Below, piece after piece: positions 1 through 14,232 of a DNA stretch of 64,000 nt (its first letter is position 1; each line of letters starts with the position of its first letter). Below the pieces are notes generated by a model. The model was not told where the DNA came from. It did not search any database and saw only the letters and a program-made list of their open reading frames with translations. This DNA comes from Callorhinchus milii. Its lineage: Eukaryota. Location: positions 132,930,001 to 132,994,000 of the forward strand of contig NW_024704742.1 of NCBI RefSeq assembly GCF_018977255.1, written 5' to 3'. Position numbers and translations under genes: made by a program.

Positions 1-38
1 TTCAGTTTGCCTAATGATAGATAAAGATAAAGCACCTT

Positions 39-315
39 TCACATCAGGAGGACATCTCAAAGCGCTTCACAGGATTTTCTAGGATGACATCCAATTTGAG
101 CACAGCAACATCCCTACAAGCAGTCATGACCAATTTTATTTGGGAGATTGTTGACCAGGACACTGGAAGAAATTCCCTTCTCTTTTTGAATAGTGCCATG
201 GGATCATTAACATCCACCTGAACAGACACTCCAGGTTTAATGTCTTATCCGAAGGACAGCACTTCCAACAATGTAGTGTTTCCCCCAACATGGTGTTGGA
301 GTGCCAGCCTAGACT
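39..315 (-). mobile_element. Deu-domain SINE fragment
   Basis: Reverse complement contains GGATAAGACATTAAACC...GATCCCATGGCACTATTC...GTGTCCTGGTCAACAAT, similar to the Deu central domain of AmnSINE1/SacSINE1-type SINEs, plus the L2-type tail. Confidence 0.75.
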
Positions 316-1571
316 TCATGATGTAAACTGTTTAGTCAGCAGAGAACCCTCACTCCTTCGTAGGACTTTGTGTCAGAAATTATCAACACTGCAGCTTTCA
401 ACAGCAATCGAGGCTCATTCAATAACATAGTAGAATAAATGGACACAGGTTTAGAGTTGCAAAAGGCAATTTCAGGACAGACTGCAGGAAGGTTTTCTTT
501 ATGCAAAGGGTGGGCAAAGATTGCCAGAAAAGGTGGTTGAGGCTGGGACACTGGGACTCATTTGAAAAGCAGGCTTTTGCAGTAATGGGAGAGGGTTGGG
601 GAGGAAGGGGGAATCTAGTCACAAGTCTAGTCTGATGCTCCAGATGGGCATTAATGATCTCCTGGCACTATTTGAAAAGAGAAGGGAGTTTCTCCTGGTG
701 TCCTGGCCAACAATCCCCCAAATAAAATTGGCTGGTTTGTGGGACATTGCTGTATGCAAATAGGGTGCCGGGTACGCCTACAAAATACAAAGTCACAGCA
801 CTTTACTGTAAATTCTGTGAAGCGCTTTGAGACATCCTGATGATGTGAAAGGCGTTATGTCAAATGCAAGGATTATTATTACAGTAAAAGTCACATGAGT
901 CATTTGAGTCAGGACCATAGCATTTAATCCGTTTGACATCACGAAGCATGAGTTAGAGGCAAACTTACGTAATTTGTATAAAATCTGATTTAATCAATAA
1001 TTAATTTAATCAATAATAGTCTACAGGTTCAGAACATTTTCCACAACTCAATGCAGCTGGTAAGTGCGCTAATGGCGTTACAAGTTAGGAGATGATTTTC
1101 TTTATGAAATCGACTAGTGCAAAGAAACCTAAGTGAGTTTTGGTAGGAAACTGAATGCGGCTCAAGTGCATGTATGACTCGGGCGATTATATGATTGATA
1201 AAGATAAGATGTAAGCGAGTTTTACTGTTATTTATTATTATGGGTAGAGAAATGAACTTCTCCAAAACAGACAGGCAGGAGCAGATACTCTGGATTACAT
1301 CAGCTGCAGCTGGGAGAAAGGCAGTATCCAATTGTACATATTTTCCGTCCACTGAAATTAGCAATGGATGTCCTGATACAAGACAGTACTCTGATAGAAA
1401 GTCCTTTGGGCGTTAACCTTGAGGTGCATAACAGCGAGGAACTAATTTATTGTGAAAGAAGTTTAAGTTAAATTATCTCCGGACTTCAGAGCAAAATAAA
1501 ATGGTACAAAAAAAATTTTTCACAAAAATTTCAAACCAATTCACTCCGATTTATATCAAACTAAGTGAATA

Positions 1572-1677
1572 CAGGGTGACCAAAAAGTTGTGATTTTATT
1601 TAAAACAAAACACAAATATCATAATTTCTTTAAGAATTATTAGACAGCAATATTATCATGACTTTTTGGTTACCCTG
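1572..1677. mobile_element. Tc1/mariner-type MITE (106 bp), probably within a GALT intron
   Basis: 23-bp terminal inverted repeats: CAGGGTGACCAAAAAGTTGTGAT versus reverse complement CAGGGTAACCAAAAAGTCATGAT (20/23 identical). TA flanks both sides (1570-1571, 1678-1679) and the interior is AT-rich. Confidence 0.8.
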
Positions 1678-1746
1678 TAGTTTCTCCACTGATAGTTTAC
1701 AGAGTAAAGGAGATGCAGTTCTAGGGAAAATCGGGCACCCAGTTCA

Positions 1747-2147
1747 ATAATAACAATCCTTGCTTTTGATACTGTGTCTCTCAGGTCAATCAGAAGTCTC
1801 ACAGGATTTTACTGTTAAATGTAGTGACTTTGCATTTTGAGGGTGAATGAGGCAGTACACTGCAATGTTCTCACAAATAGCCTTGAAGTGAATGAATGGT
1901 CGATTTTGTTGGCCAAGTCACCGGGAGAAACTCCTTTCTTTTTTCAAATGGTGCCTTGGGATCCTTAACATCCATCTGAATAGCCAAAACGGGACCTTGG
2001 TTTAACGTCTCATCCAAAGGACGTCATCCTTCAATGCAGCGCTCCCAATGTAATGGATTGGTGTGTCAGCCAAGACCAAAGTGGGATTTGAACCCACAAC
2101 CTTCTGACTCAGAGGCGAATGTGCTGCTAACTGAGCCAAGCTGACAC
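1747..2147 (-). mobile_element. Deu-domain SINE with tRNA-derived head (internally deleted)
   Basis: Minus strand reads GTGTCAGCTTGGCTCAGTTAGCAG (A box)...GGGTTCAAATCCC (B box), then the Deu domain and a TTA-like tail. Confidence 0.75.
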
Positions 2148-2439
2148 CTGATCTGTTAAGCAGTGTACTATTGTACAACTTAGTGAGCCAATTACACAAT
2201 GTATTGACATACGGAAGAGTGAGACGGTTATACAGTGACAAAATAATAAGCCTATAATCCTTGCATTTCGATATTGCTCGCTATCTATCATGTCAAAACC
2301 CTCAAAGTGCTTCACAGAATTGAAAATGTAGTGACTATGTTTTTTTTAGGCAAACCTAGAAATCAATTCGTGCACAACAATGTCAGTCAAAGAGCCATGA
2401 AGTGAGTGACCAATTTACCTCTAAAAGTAACGAGCTCTC

Positions 2440-2785
2440 CAGTGCAGTGCTGGGGGAAACATTCTTGTCGGAGATGCTGTCCTTCAGAAGAGAAGTCAAA
2501 CTGCCTGTTTGTCCCATCTGCCTGTTCAGGTGGACGTTTAAGATCCCGTGGCACTATTCAAAAAGAGAAGGGAGTTTCTCTCTCTGCCGGTGTGCTGGCC
2601 GACAATCCCCCAAATAAAAATTGTGGTCACTCACTCCATGGGTGTTTGTGGGACATTACTGTGCGCAAATTGACTGCCGCATTTGCCTACAAAATACAGT
2701 CACTATACTTGACAGTAAAATCCTGTGAATCACTTTGAGACATCATCGGGACATAATGTCAAATGCAAGGATGATTGTTATTAAT
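2440..2785 (+). mobile_element. Deu-domain SINE, 5'-truncated, immediately upstream of the GALT exon 8 acceptor
   Basis: CAGGTGGACGTTTAAGATCCCGTGGCACTATTCAAAAAGAGAAGGGAG...GTTTGTGGGACATTACTGTGCGC...AATGCAAGGATGATTGTTATT. Confidence 0.8.
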
Positions 2786-2813
2786 AAAGTGTCTGTGGTT
2801 TTGGCCTCTTTAG

Positions 2814-3074
<261 letters not shown>

Positions 3075-3669
3075 TAACACCCAGTACAATTTACCATTAT
3101 ATACTGTAGTGCTTTTCACATCCAGAGGACGTCTCAAAGCACTTCATATCGTTAACAGCACCCAAGCTGGTGGGGAGGAGAGTGGGGTCGGGCAGCTAAG
3201 AAGGGTGGAGATGGAAAAAATGACTGAAAAGCAAGTTCAAAGAGACGACTTAAGGCGGACTTTAAAAGTGGGGAGGGAGGGGCGAAGAGGGGAGACTCTG
3301 GGATGGAGTTCCAGGGAGCGGGGCAGAATTGTTGAAAACCTGCATGCTGATGACATGTTAAACCGAGGTCCTGTCTGCCTGTACAGGTGCATGTTAAAGA
3401 TGCCGTGGCACCATCCGAAAAGAGAAGGTAGTTTCCTCCTGGCCAACAATCCCGCAGATAAAATAAAAATTGGTCATTCACTTTATGGCTGTTTGTGGGA
3501 TGTTGCTGTGTGCGAATCGGCTGCTGTGTTCACCTGCAATATATACACTTAACCGCAACACTTCAGAGTAAAATCCTGAGAAGTACTTTGAAGTGTATTG
3601 ACGACACTACATGAAATGCAAGATTTTCTGTTAGTATGATTCTATGAGCTAATCTATGACCTGGATTAG

Positions 3670-4480
<811 letters not shown>

Positions 4481-4621
4481 CTACCTCCATCTCGAGCATA
4501 GGGGAGGGAGGGAGCATGTCGCAGAGACCTGGGAATGGAGTTCCAGAGCACAAACGCTAAATACCAGAGCAACTCCTCCTTGTCCTGTGTACTTGGCCTT
4601 AGCCAAAAGGCCAGGAAGTGA

Positions 4622-4888
<267 letters not shown>

Positions 4889-5712
4889 TAGAGTCCCAGA
4901 GTGGTTTGAAAGACTGTACAGCACGGAAACAGGCTGCTCGACCCAACCGGTTCCACACAAGTCTTCATCCATTCCTTACTCCCTCTGATACAATTGGCTG
5001 CCACATTTCGCTCACAAAATATACAGTCAATCTACTTTACAATATATTCTGTGAAGTGCTTTGAGACGTGTCAACAACGTGATAAGGCACTGTATCAAAT
5101 GCAAGGATTATTATTATTACATTTCTATTCCCCTCTCCCTCGTGTGAAGGTTTAGCTTCTAGAATGCATCTGTGCTGTCTGATTTAAGCACCACTTCAGG
5201 CAGTGAGGTCCACAGTCTCACTGCCCTCTGCGGGAAGTAGTTCCTTGCAAAATACAATACAATTTACGTATACATAACGGCTTTCACGTCAGTAGGACAG
5301 CTCAAAGCAGTTGACACTGCTGGCTGGGCACCTGTGATAGGGGTGGGAGCCAAAGGGGATGGGAAGGGATAAAGATGACAGAAAATGCAGTCTTGAGACG
5401 GACATTGATAGAGGAGAGGGAGGGAGTGAGTCAGAGAGACTCCTGGATGGAATTCCAGCTTTGAGAAAATAAAGTGCTATATCAAATGCAAGGATTATTG
5501 TTTGTAGTCACTGTGAGTGTGTGTGAAAGAGAGAGACAATTCTACAGCTACGGAAATAAATGGGGACATAGAATATAAAACTTCATTCACCTACAAAATA
5601 CACAGTCACTACACTTTATAATAAATCCTTAAAGGTGCATAGAGAAGCCCTCCCAAAGTGAAAGATGCAATGATTATTATTAATATCGTTATTATCAACC
5701 TTTGCCTTGTAG

Positions 5713-5781
5713 GCTGCTGAACGCTTAAGGAATCTACCAGGAGATCATTACAAACTGAGAGAGAAACCGACAGAGAAATAA
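5713..5781 (+). CDS. GALT: GALT last coding exon (human exon 11 equivalent), ending in TAA
   Basis: Acceptor tttgccttgtag|. Encodes AAERLRNLPGDHYKLREKPTEK*, in phase 0 after ...TPEQ. The AAERLRxLPxxHY C-terminal motif is present. Confidence 0.96.
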   Translation, partial: AAERLRNLPGDHYKLREKPTEK

Positions 5782-5856
5782 AAGAAGCCCCTTTCCCTGA
5801 AAAAATAACATATTACTGCTTATATTGATCATTTTTCTTTCGATTGAATGACCTAC

Positions 5857-5905
5857 AATAAAATAACATTAACGTCCTCCCTCTTCTGCTGTTCTGTCTT
5901 TTTTG
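5857..5905 (+). terminator. Probable GALT polyadenylation signal with U/GU-rich downstream element
   Basis: AATAAA at 5857-5862 is followed about 20 nt later by cttctgctgttctgtctttttt. A second AATAAA overlaps the stop codon (5777-5782). Confidence 0.6.
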
Positions 5906-5910
5906 AGGGG

Positions 5911-6410
5911 TCAGCTGGGTGTCTTGGTACATGCGGAAACCCATCACCATGTTTATGCATATCCAAACCAAACTGAGAATTCCATGCATCCCACCTTTAC
6001 ACGGATATTCCTTAGAAATTTCTTGGAATGGAATGCCCATTCTCCCTGGAAAGATGCAACCTGCTTACCTAATTCTGAAAAATATTAGGTGCAGATTGGC
6101 AAGAGCCAAGGCTTGGGGACCCCAGAATGTGTGTTGGGGGAAAACTGCTGGAGTCTAACCAGCTAAAACTGCATAGCTTGCCATTCAGCCTGGCTAGTCT
6201 TTCCCACTGCTTGTCTAGCTAGCTAGAAACTCAACCTGCTCGGGTTTTGTCTGTTAACGGGAGCTGAGTGGGAGAATTGTCTTCCCTCAGTGACTGGTCT
6301 TCCCTTCCAAATCCTGTCAATGTCCCAGTCTGGCTGTGCTGTCATCAGCAGTGCCCTGGAATACTGTGGACCTGGCTAGCTCAGGAACAGAACTAGAGAC
6401 CAGAGAGTTC
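5911..6410 (+). repeat. Family X copy directly downstream of the GALT polyA region
   Basis: Aligns along its length with 3985-4480. Confidence 0.8.
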
Positions 6411-6967
6411 AGAGATTCGGGTCGTAACGGCTGAAAGCACAGCCACTACAGTGTAGCGGAGAAGAAGAGGCACGTGCAGAAGACCGGAGCAAGCAGAGCG
6501 AAGGGGATGAGTAGAGGAGTGGGGTGTAAGTGGGTCGGAGAGGTAGGGAGATGCTAGGGAGTGAATTGATTTCTAAGTAAGAGTGAGGATCTTGAAATCG
6601 ATTCATTCTTCAACGGAGCCAGTGGACTGGGTTGATGGGGGTGCGGAGTTAAGTACAGCCTATTCAGAAACTATTAGCCAGACTTCAGTAATGGGAAAAC
6701 CTTGTGGAATTAGTTATAAGATGCTGAATGGAAGATTACCTCTATTATGTTATTTAATAAATGACAGCCATCAGGACTCCAGCTCTTGTACAATCTCCAG
6801 GACTGGCTCTTAAACAATTTCTGGTTTGTGCTTGATATAACGCTGATAACATTCAAACATCTCAAAACACTTCACAGGGAATTAGAACCATAGAAATAGC
6901 CACACAGAAGAAGGCCATCATGTCTGTGCTAGTTCTTTTAAACAACAATCCTTTCAGTCTTTAAGGT

Positions 6968-7333
6968 GAGTCCTATAGCATAGTAGTTAGAGCCCTCGCT
7001 TCGCAAGCGAGAGGACCCGGGTTCGATTCCTGGGCAGGGCAACACGTTAGGCAAGGTTCCTTACTCCACACGCCACTGTTTACCCAGCAACCCAATTGTT
7101 AGTCGATTGCTGGATTGCTTTTCCCCGGGTAATAATCCTTTCAAATAAATTTTTTTAAATAATAATAATTTGGTCACTCAATCCACGACTGTTTGTGGGA
7201 CACAGCTATTCGCAATTGGCTACCTCGTTTCGCCCACCAAATATACAGTCACTACATTTTACAGTATATTCTGTGACGCGCTTTGAGATGTCTCAAAGAT
7301 GTTTAATATCAAATGCAAAGATTATTATTATTA
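6968..7333 (+). mobile_element. Full-length tRNA-derived CORE-like SINE (family B)
   Basis: Head GAGTCCTATAGCATAGTAGTTAGAGC...GGGTTCGATTCC (A and B boxes), CORE-like TTAGGCAAGGTTCCTTACTCCACACGCCACTGTTTACC, the shared 3' half and an (ATT)n tail. More than 15 copies in the window. Confidence 0.9.
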
Positions 7334-8651
7334 TTCAGTCCCATTTAATAATAATAATCCTTGCATTTGATATAGTGCCTTAGCACATCATTGAGACGTC
7401 TCTAAGCGTTTCACAGGATATACTGCAAAGTGGATTGATTGTGTATATTCTGGGCAAAACTGCGGCAGCCAGCTGCGCACAGCAGTGTCCCACAAACGGG
7501 GGGGAAGGAATTACATTCTCTCTTAGAGAAGCATCACAAAATCCTTAATGTCCACCTGAACAAGCAGACGGGACCTGGGGATTAACGTCTCAACCAAATG
7601 AACAGCAAGTCCAACAAGCCAGTGCCTCCACCATGTGCCACTATGGACCAACTCAAAGTCTGGACATGAACCTTTTTCGTGCCGACTGGAAAGCTTTTCC
7701 GCTGTTTGTCCAGCTAGGACCACTTTACCGATTAGGGCTATGGCTTTCATGGTTAACAGGAGCTGAGTGGGATGATTCCATGTCCCCAGTGATTGGTCTG
7801 CCCTTCCATGTCCTGCCGATGAGCCAGACTGGCCTTGGAATACTGCAGACCCACCCGGCTCAGGGATCGGACTACCGAGACCACCACAGAGGGCTGGCTC
7901 GATTCCAAACATTCAACATGGACTTTGAACCCATGACTGTCTGACCCAGAGATGAGAGCACTACTAACTGAGGCAGAGACCATGGCGGGGTTAGGTTTTT
8001 TCTTTTCATGGGGGGTCTTTTAGAAAACTTCTGTCTATGCCCCTGGGCATATATACCTTCTCATGTCAACTCTAACTCTTTAAAAACTCTTTGAGGTATC
8101 ACTTTCTTTACTTCAAAAGAGCTGCAGGCTGCCTGGCTGATTAGTCCAGGAGCTTTGATATGCTTTGAGGATATATATATATATACATATATATGTTTTG
8201 TTCTAGACAGTGGATTGCACAAACATGGCTGAAATCCGTGACATACACCCTGAAAGCTAAACAGACACTAGAGATGAATCCATTTGTGAGTCTCCCAAAC
8301 ATTCAGAAACCAAAGGGCACCAAATTTTTACCTTTGAGTTGCCGTGATCTGCCTTTGTACATTTCTGGACCTCTACAAAACACAGCGGGTGGACACTCAG
8401 TGCTGTTATTAAAGCTGCTGAAGGCTGGGTTTAATCCTCCCTTCCATGTGTAGTATTTAACCCATTCTGAAGCCTCATAATCCACAACATTACGAGTGGG
8501 TTTTGATGAGGTGAATAAAGGGAAGATGCTTAAGTCAGTAACTAGACTCCATCAGTTTAAGATAATCACCGAAAAATCTCAAACCAAACAACACAAGGGG
8601 AGAGGTCATTTAACACAAATAGGGTTATTGGGAAGTGAATCGCCCATTGGA

Positions 8652-9383
8652 TAATAATAATCATAATCTTTGCACATGATATAGTGCTTTATCTTATAGA
8701 TTTCTCAAAGCGCTTCATAGAGTATATTTTTAAAGTGAATTGATTGTATTTTGTGGGCGATTTGTGGCAGTCAACTGTGCTCAGTAGAGTCCCACAAACA
8801 GTCGTAGATTGAATGAGGGATTATTACCCCCGGAAAGCTATCCACCAATCGACTAATAACCAGGTTCTTACTTACTGCTAGGTAAACAGAGGCGTGTGGA
8901 GTAAGGAAATTTACTCCGTTCCTCCGGCTCCGGTCTGCTCCACGTCCCCCGCCCCAATCGCCCTACCATTGGTGGTCGGGCCTTCAGCCTCTCAGCCCCG
9001 AGGCTCTGGAACTCTATCCCCCAGTGCCTTCGCCGCTTCCTCCCTTTCCTCCTTCAAGGCCGGTCTCAAAACCTTTCTCTTTGACCAAGCCTTCAGCTCC
9101 CCTCTCAACTCTCTTCCCCCTTCTCGCTCCCTCCCATCCCTCCCCTCACCCTGACCATTTCCCTCCTCCTCGCTCCCTCCCCTCCCCTGACCATTTCCCC
9201 CCTGCTCGGGTCATGACCCAACTGTGCAGCGCCTTGGGACGTCCTCCTGACGTGAAAGGCGCTTTATAAATGGAATCTTGTTGTTGTTGTTGTTGTTCAA
9301 GGTTTCACTCCCATCTGGGAATTGAACCTGGGTCCCCTCGCTTGCGGGGCGAGTGTCCTCTGACCACTATGCTACGGGACTCC
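8652..9383 (-). mobile_element. Family B SINE interrupted by an L2 insertion (8914-9297)
   Basis: Tail and body at 8652-8913 and head at 9298-9383 are contiguous in the family consensus. Confidence 0.85.
8914..9297 (+). mobile_element. L2 LINE 3' end, 5'-truncated, with (TTG)n tail
   Basis: Nearly identical to the corresponding part of 20878-21308. Encodes LRSSGSGLLHVPRPNRPTIGGRAFSLSAPRLWNSIP and carries the 3' stem-loop and (TTG)n. Confidence 0.9.
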
Positions 9384-9859
9384 ACCACAATCGAGAGTTG
9401 AAACAGAATCCACCTTTTTTTAAAAAAGAGAAAACTCTGAAAAGAAAAATCTAAATGACAGGCGAGTGCATAACAAATAGCTATTTTAGAGATACTGGAA
9501 TGGTGGTCTAAAAGGCCTCCTTCTGTGCTGTAAAACTCCTTGACTTGACAGTTTTTAACTATCCCTTGATTCACTGCATTTTATCTTTCTGTATGATTTT
9601 AGTCCATAGCATACAGAAGCATCCTAATAACTTAAATATAATAATAATCCTTGCAATAGATAAAGCCCCTCTCAAGCTGGCAGGACCTCACAAAACTCTT
9701 TAATGTTCGAAAAGTAGTTGGGACTTGGGAATCATATAGTCTAAAATGACACTTCAGTGCAGCGCTGGTAAACTCATGCAACACTGCCAACTCACATTCT
9801 GGGGTCCGTCCCCAAGCCTTGGCTCTCACAAACTTATGCCTAATACTCTCTGTATTTAG

Positions 9860-10177
9860 GTGCAGTGCTGGGGGAGGGTGTTGCATTGTCGGATGAGATG
9901 TTCAACCGAAATCCCCTCTGCTGCTTCAGGTGGACGTTAAAGATTCCATGGCACTTCTTGAAAAGAGAAGGGAGTTTGTCCCTCTCTCCTGGCCAACAAT
10001 CCCCTAAATAAAATGGGTCACTCAATCCATGGCTGTTTGTGGGACATTGCTGCGCATAGCTGCCTGCCGCGATTTGCCCACAAAATACACAGTCAATACA
10101 CTTTGCAGTGTATTCTGTGAAGCAGTTTGACATGTCTCGATGACGTGATAAGGCGCTGTATCAAATGATTATTATAA
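9860..10177 (+). mobile_element. Deu-domain SINE, 5'-truncated
   Basis: GGATGAGATGTTCAACCG...CAGGTGGACGTTAAAGATTCCATGGCAC..., followed by the shared 3' half. Confidence 0.8.
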
Positions 10178-13100
10178 TGTAAAGTGTAGACTCTGGGTAT
10201 TCTGTAGGCAACGCGACGTTCAGCAGATAACCGTTAAACCATGTAATTATTCATAACTCCAGCCAAGACGGGGACAATGCTCATTAATCTGAACTCATTA
10301 AAGCGAATTAGTTGAGAAAGATAATTAACTTTATCTCGGCATAATTACATTAGCAAACGGTTTGTAATCCATGGCAGAATGGCTATCCCTGCCAGAGTCC
10401 TTTTTGCTATTTCCTGACGCTAATGAGAATTTCATGCTATTTATTATATCGGTAATCCACACGCTTTAGAAGGTTATTTAAAAAAGAACATGTTGCTGCA
10501 GCTAGGGGTTGGTTGAAACATTTATATAATAATTCTTGCATTTGATACAGTGCCTTTCATGTCTGGAGGACGCCTCAAAGCACTTTACAGCATTCACTGT
10601 GAAGTGTTACGAATGTATGTTTTTTGGTAAACACAACACCCTCTTTGAATTAACATTTTTTTTATATTTTGGAAGATCATTGGCCAGGACACCGAGAGAA
10701 ACTTCCTTCTCTTTTCCAAAAGTGGCATGGAATTTTTAATATCCACCTGAACAGGCAGATGGGATCTTGGTTTAATGTCTCAAATCCCAAATCTTTTCTG
10801 CTAGATGTTCACAGCTTGAAAAACTGCAGTACAGATTTAGGTTCAAAAATATCACTATTTAGTGCTAAAACTATATTAAAAAAACAGCCACAGGAAAATA
10901 AAAATATCTGCTACCAGTTTTAGTTTGCAAAAAAACAGTAAGTCATTCATTTCCAATACTGAACTTGTTTTCTTTGGCGTATTTTGCTGTTTTAACATCT
11001 TAAAATAGAGGAAAAAGGAACTTGCATTTAATAGCGCCTTTAACATTGAAACATCTCAATGTTTTCCAATAATTAATGTAAAATAAAATAATAATTCTTG
11101 CATTTGATATAGTGCTTTTTTACATCTTCTAGATGTCTCAAAGCGCTTCACACAATATACTGTAAAGTGAATTGACTATATTTGTCGGCGAAACGTAATC
11201 AAGTGTAATAATCTTTACATTTGATATACTGCCTTTCACATCAGGAGGACATATCAAGGTGCTTCACAGGATATACTGTGTAAAGTGACTGTGTATTTTG
11301 TGGGCACAGCAACCAATCTACACCCAGCAATGTCCCTGAAACAAACATGAAGTAAATTATTAATTTTACTTGGGGGATTGTTGGCAATAACACTGGGAGA
11401 AACTCTTCTCTTTTCGAATAGTGTTTTGGGATCAGGGTTTGTCAGCCTGGTTAAGTGTTAGCACTCTTGCCTTTGGGCTCAAGCCCCCAAGTAAAATTGG
11501 TCACTCACTCCATTGCTGTTTGTGAGACATTGCTGTATGCAACTGTGTTTTGCCCACAAAATATAATATCAATCCACTTTACAGTATATCCTGTGAAGTG
11601 CTTTCAGATATCTCAATGATGTGATAAGGCACTATATCAGATGCAAAGATTATTTTTAGTATTAATCTCAGTCCACACCTCTCATGTCTTCAGGTATGGA
11701 ATCAATTGGGATGTTTAAAAAACGACAGGATAACTACATAAATATATATTTGAGAATATTGAGGACTAGGTGAAAAGGTGGGGAAAAGGTCTTAAAAGTT
11801 TGTGCTACAATTTAATAAACCGGAGGAATTGGTTAAATGGACCTCTTCTTCCTATCTTACATTATGTTAATAAATAACCTTTGAAGGGTTTTATGTTGAA
11901 CACAGGTAGATTGTTTAAAGTAAATTGATAGTTGTACACTTCAGTGCCATTTAGTGTGTCTTTCTTTGCCTGAATGCCTGTCCCAATGAGAACCAGATGC
12001 AATGTAATCCAACCTCACTGGTTTGAATTTGTTGACTGGGGTTTGTTGTGCCTTCTCTCTGTGAGGTGTCAATAACATTAGATGCAGCTGCAGACGAGAG
12101 TAACAAGGGTAGATGTCTCGCAACATTGACCCCATCGTTGCTGGGAGCACAGGACGAAAATGAAGAGTCTGCCAGTGGCGACATTAGATCCTTGTCATAA
12201 AAGGAATACAAATTATTAGTAATAATAAAAATAATTCTTTTTGGTTAACCGAGTGTCTGAATGGGATGCGCACTCTCTCTCCTGCTTTTGATACAGCGCC
12301 TATAATGTCTTTTCGTGCCTCACAGGGACTTACTGTCAAGTGTAGTGACTGTGATTTGCAGCCAATTTGCACTCAGCAAGGTCCTGCAAAGAACCTCAAA
12401 GTGAATTAACAAATTATCCGGAGGATTTTCAGCACAGAAGTATGCCATCCGGCCCATCAAATCTAACGCTCATTGCTAGCTTCTTCATTGGTACTATACA
12501 CCCTAATCCCTGCTCAGGGCCTAATGATTGATTCATTAGCCTAATTCAACAAGCAATGAATAATTAACTCTGCATTAGAACTGTTAACCATGCAAGCCAA
12601 CCCTTGGCAAGCTACCTAATGGTTGTCCAAGCTGGACAACCAGTAGGTAGCTTGGCAGACTGTGTTCACAATTGCAAACTGTGCGCACTCCACTCTGGGC
12701 TAAGGGGTGTTTCCATGCATTTGTGGAGCTCTCATAAGCATAGCAATGGGTTTCTGTGGGTGTCAGACTGAACAAATACACAAAAAAGAAAATTCTTGCC
12801 TACATGAAATCTGAGTGCTAGGATGTGCCTTGACATGGGGAGTTGGACAAGCAAAAGGAACATTGTGAAGATTCTTTGCTGTTGTTTCTTCAGATTGATA
12901 CTGAAAGTCAACGGGTGGATACAGCAGCTCTTGTGCCCCAGGTATGAACATGAAGCACCTAGGTTCAATGTCAGCAACTCCATTGTTGCCAGACAAGCTA
13001 CAAGCCCGTGGAGAACGAAGATTTGTGCCACTTCTCTGCAGTTTTGCAGATAGTCCTCGAGGGGAGGTAAGGATACACATAGAGGATTGCATAGGTAATC

Positions 13101-14087
13101 CTGATTTCAGTATAGTGAATGAATCCAAAGGCCTTACCTCTATCACGGGAATGAACATTCCACACACGCCACCTCCCTCCACTTAGCAAACCAGCCTGCT
13201 TCATGCCTGTATCCACACCACCATCAGCGAACAAGCTTTCAGCCATTCTGCCTAGACTCTCTAAAACTTCATCCCAGATTCTCTCCTCCTCACTCCTTCC
13301 CTCCCCACCCTTAAAGCCCATTTTAAAACCCATATTTTCGATTGTGCTTTCAGGCTCCCCGTCCTCTTGTTTGGGTTTCCATTCCGCTGTGTAAAGCGCT
13401 TTGAGATGTCCTCCTGAAGTGAAAAGCACTGTATAAATGTAAAGTGGTGTTATGTACCTCTGTAAATCCTTTCTTGAGATGGCTCTTAAGAGATTAGTTT
13501 ATTTAGTCTTTATTTATTTCAAAGAGTAGTATTGTGGTTTGTATCTAAGTGAAGGACCAAAGTCCAGTGTCTAATACAGGTTTACTGTAAAGTGATAGAT
13601 CAGGTGAGACTCAGTGGTTAGGTAACACCAAGCTCGGGTTTTAATTTGTATTGATGAGGGATGAGCGAAGAAGGTAATGAGGTCCACATTCCTACAGCGC
13701 TTAGAATAAATGGGTTATGGCAGGGAATGGCGCAATGAGTTCCCATTTCAGAGTGTTGAGGATGCATGATGGAGAAAGAGTTTATGTGAAGACACAGTTT
13801 AAATCCGTTTGGGACAAGGGAAGATTAGGAGGAGCGATGTTCATAGCTATACAAGTGACAGGAATCATTGTGGCAGAGTAGAGAACATGGAGGCTAGAGC
13901 TCCCTGGGACCTTGCTGCAATAACCATCCCTGCACATGACATTATGTACCCGTTCAACCTTTGAAATGTTTCAACATGATAAAGCACTATAATCAAAGCA
14001 ATGTTCTCCCTGCTCGGTGCTTCTTTTCATAATTGTTAAGCATTTTGAGAGATTTATTCAACATGAAAGATGGTACAGAAGTACAAT

Positions 14088-14232
14088 GTCTCTCCCTCTC
14101 TCTTTCTTGTCTCTTTTTTCTCTCTCTTTCATCACTCTTCTATTTTTGTCTTTTTTTTTCTCTAACCTTTTCTGGCCTTTCACTCTCTTTTCTCTTTTAT
14201 TCTCCCTCTCGCTCACAATATCTTCTCTTGAT
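14088..14232 (+). repeat. CT-rich low-complexity (polypyrimidine) tract
   Basis: About 145 bp composed almost entirely of C and T. Confidence 0.85.

Noticed and set aside
1..2813. Upstream GALT exon(s) (exon 7 equivalent, HPH active-site exon)
   Set aside because: I could not find matching sequence by eye. They probably lie upstream of the window.
6968..7045. tRNA-like sequences (here and at the head of every family A/B copy)
   Set aside because: They have A/B boxes but no proper acceptor stem, and they continue directly into SINE bodies. They are SINE heads, not tRNA genes.
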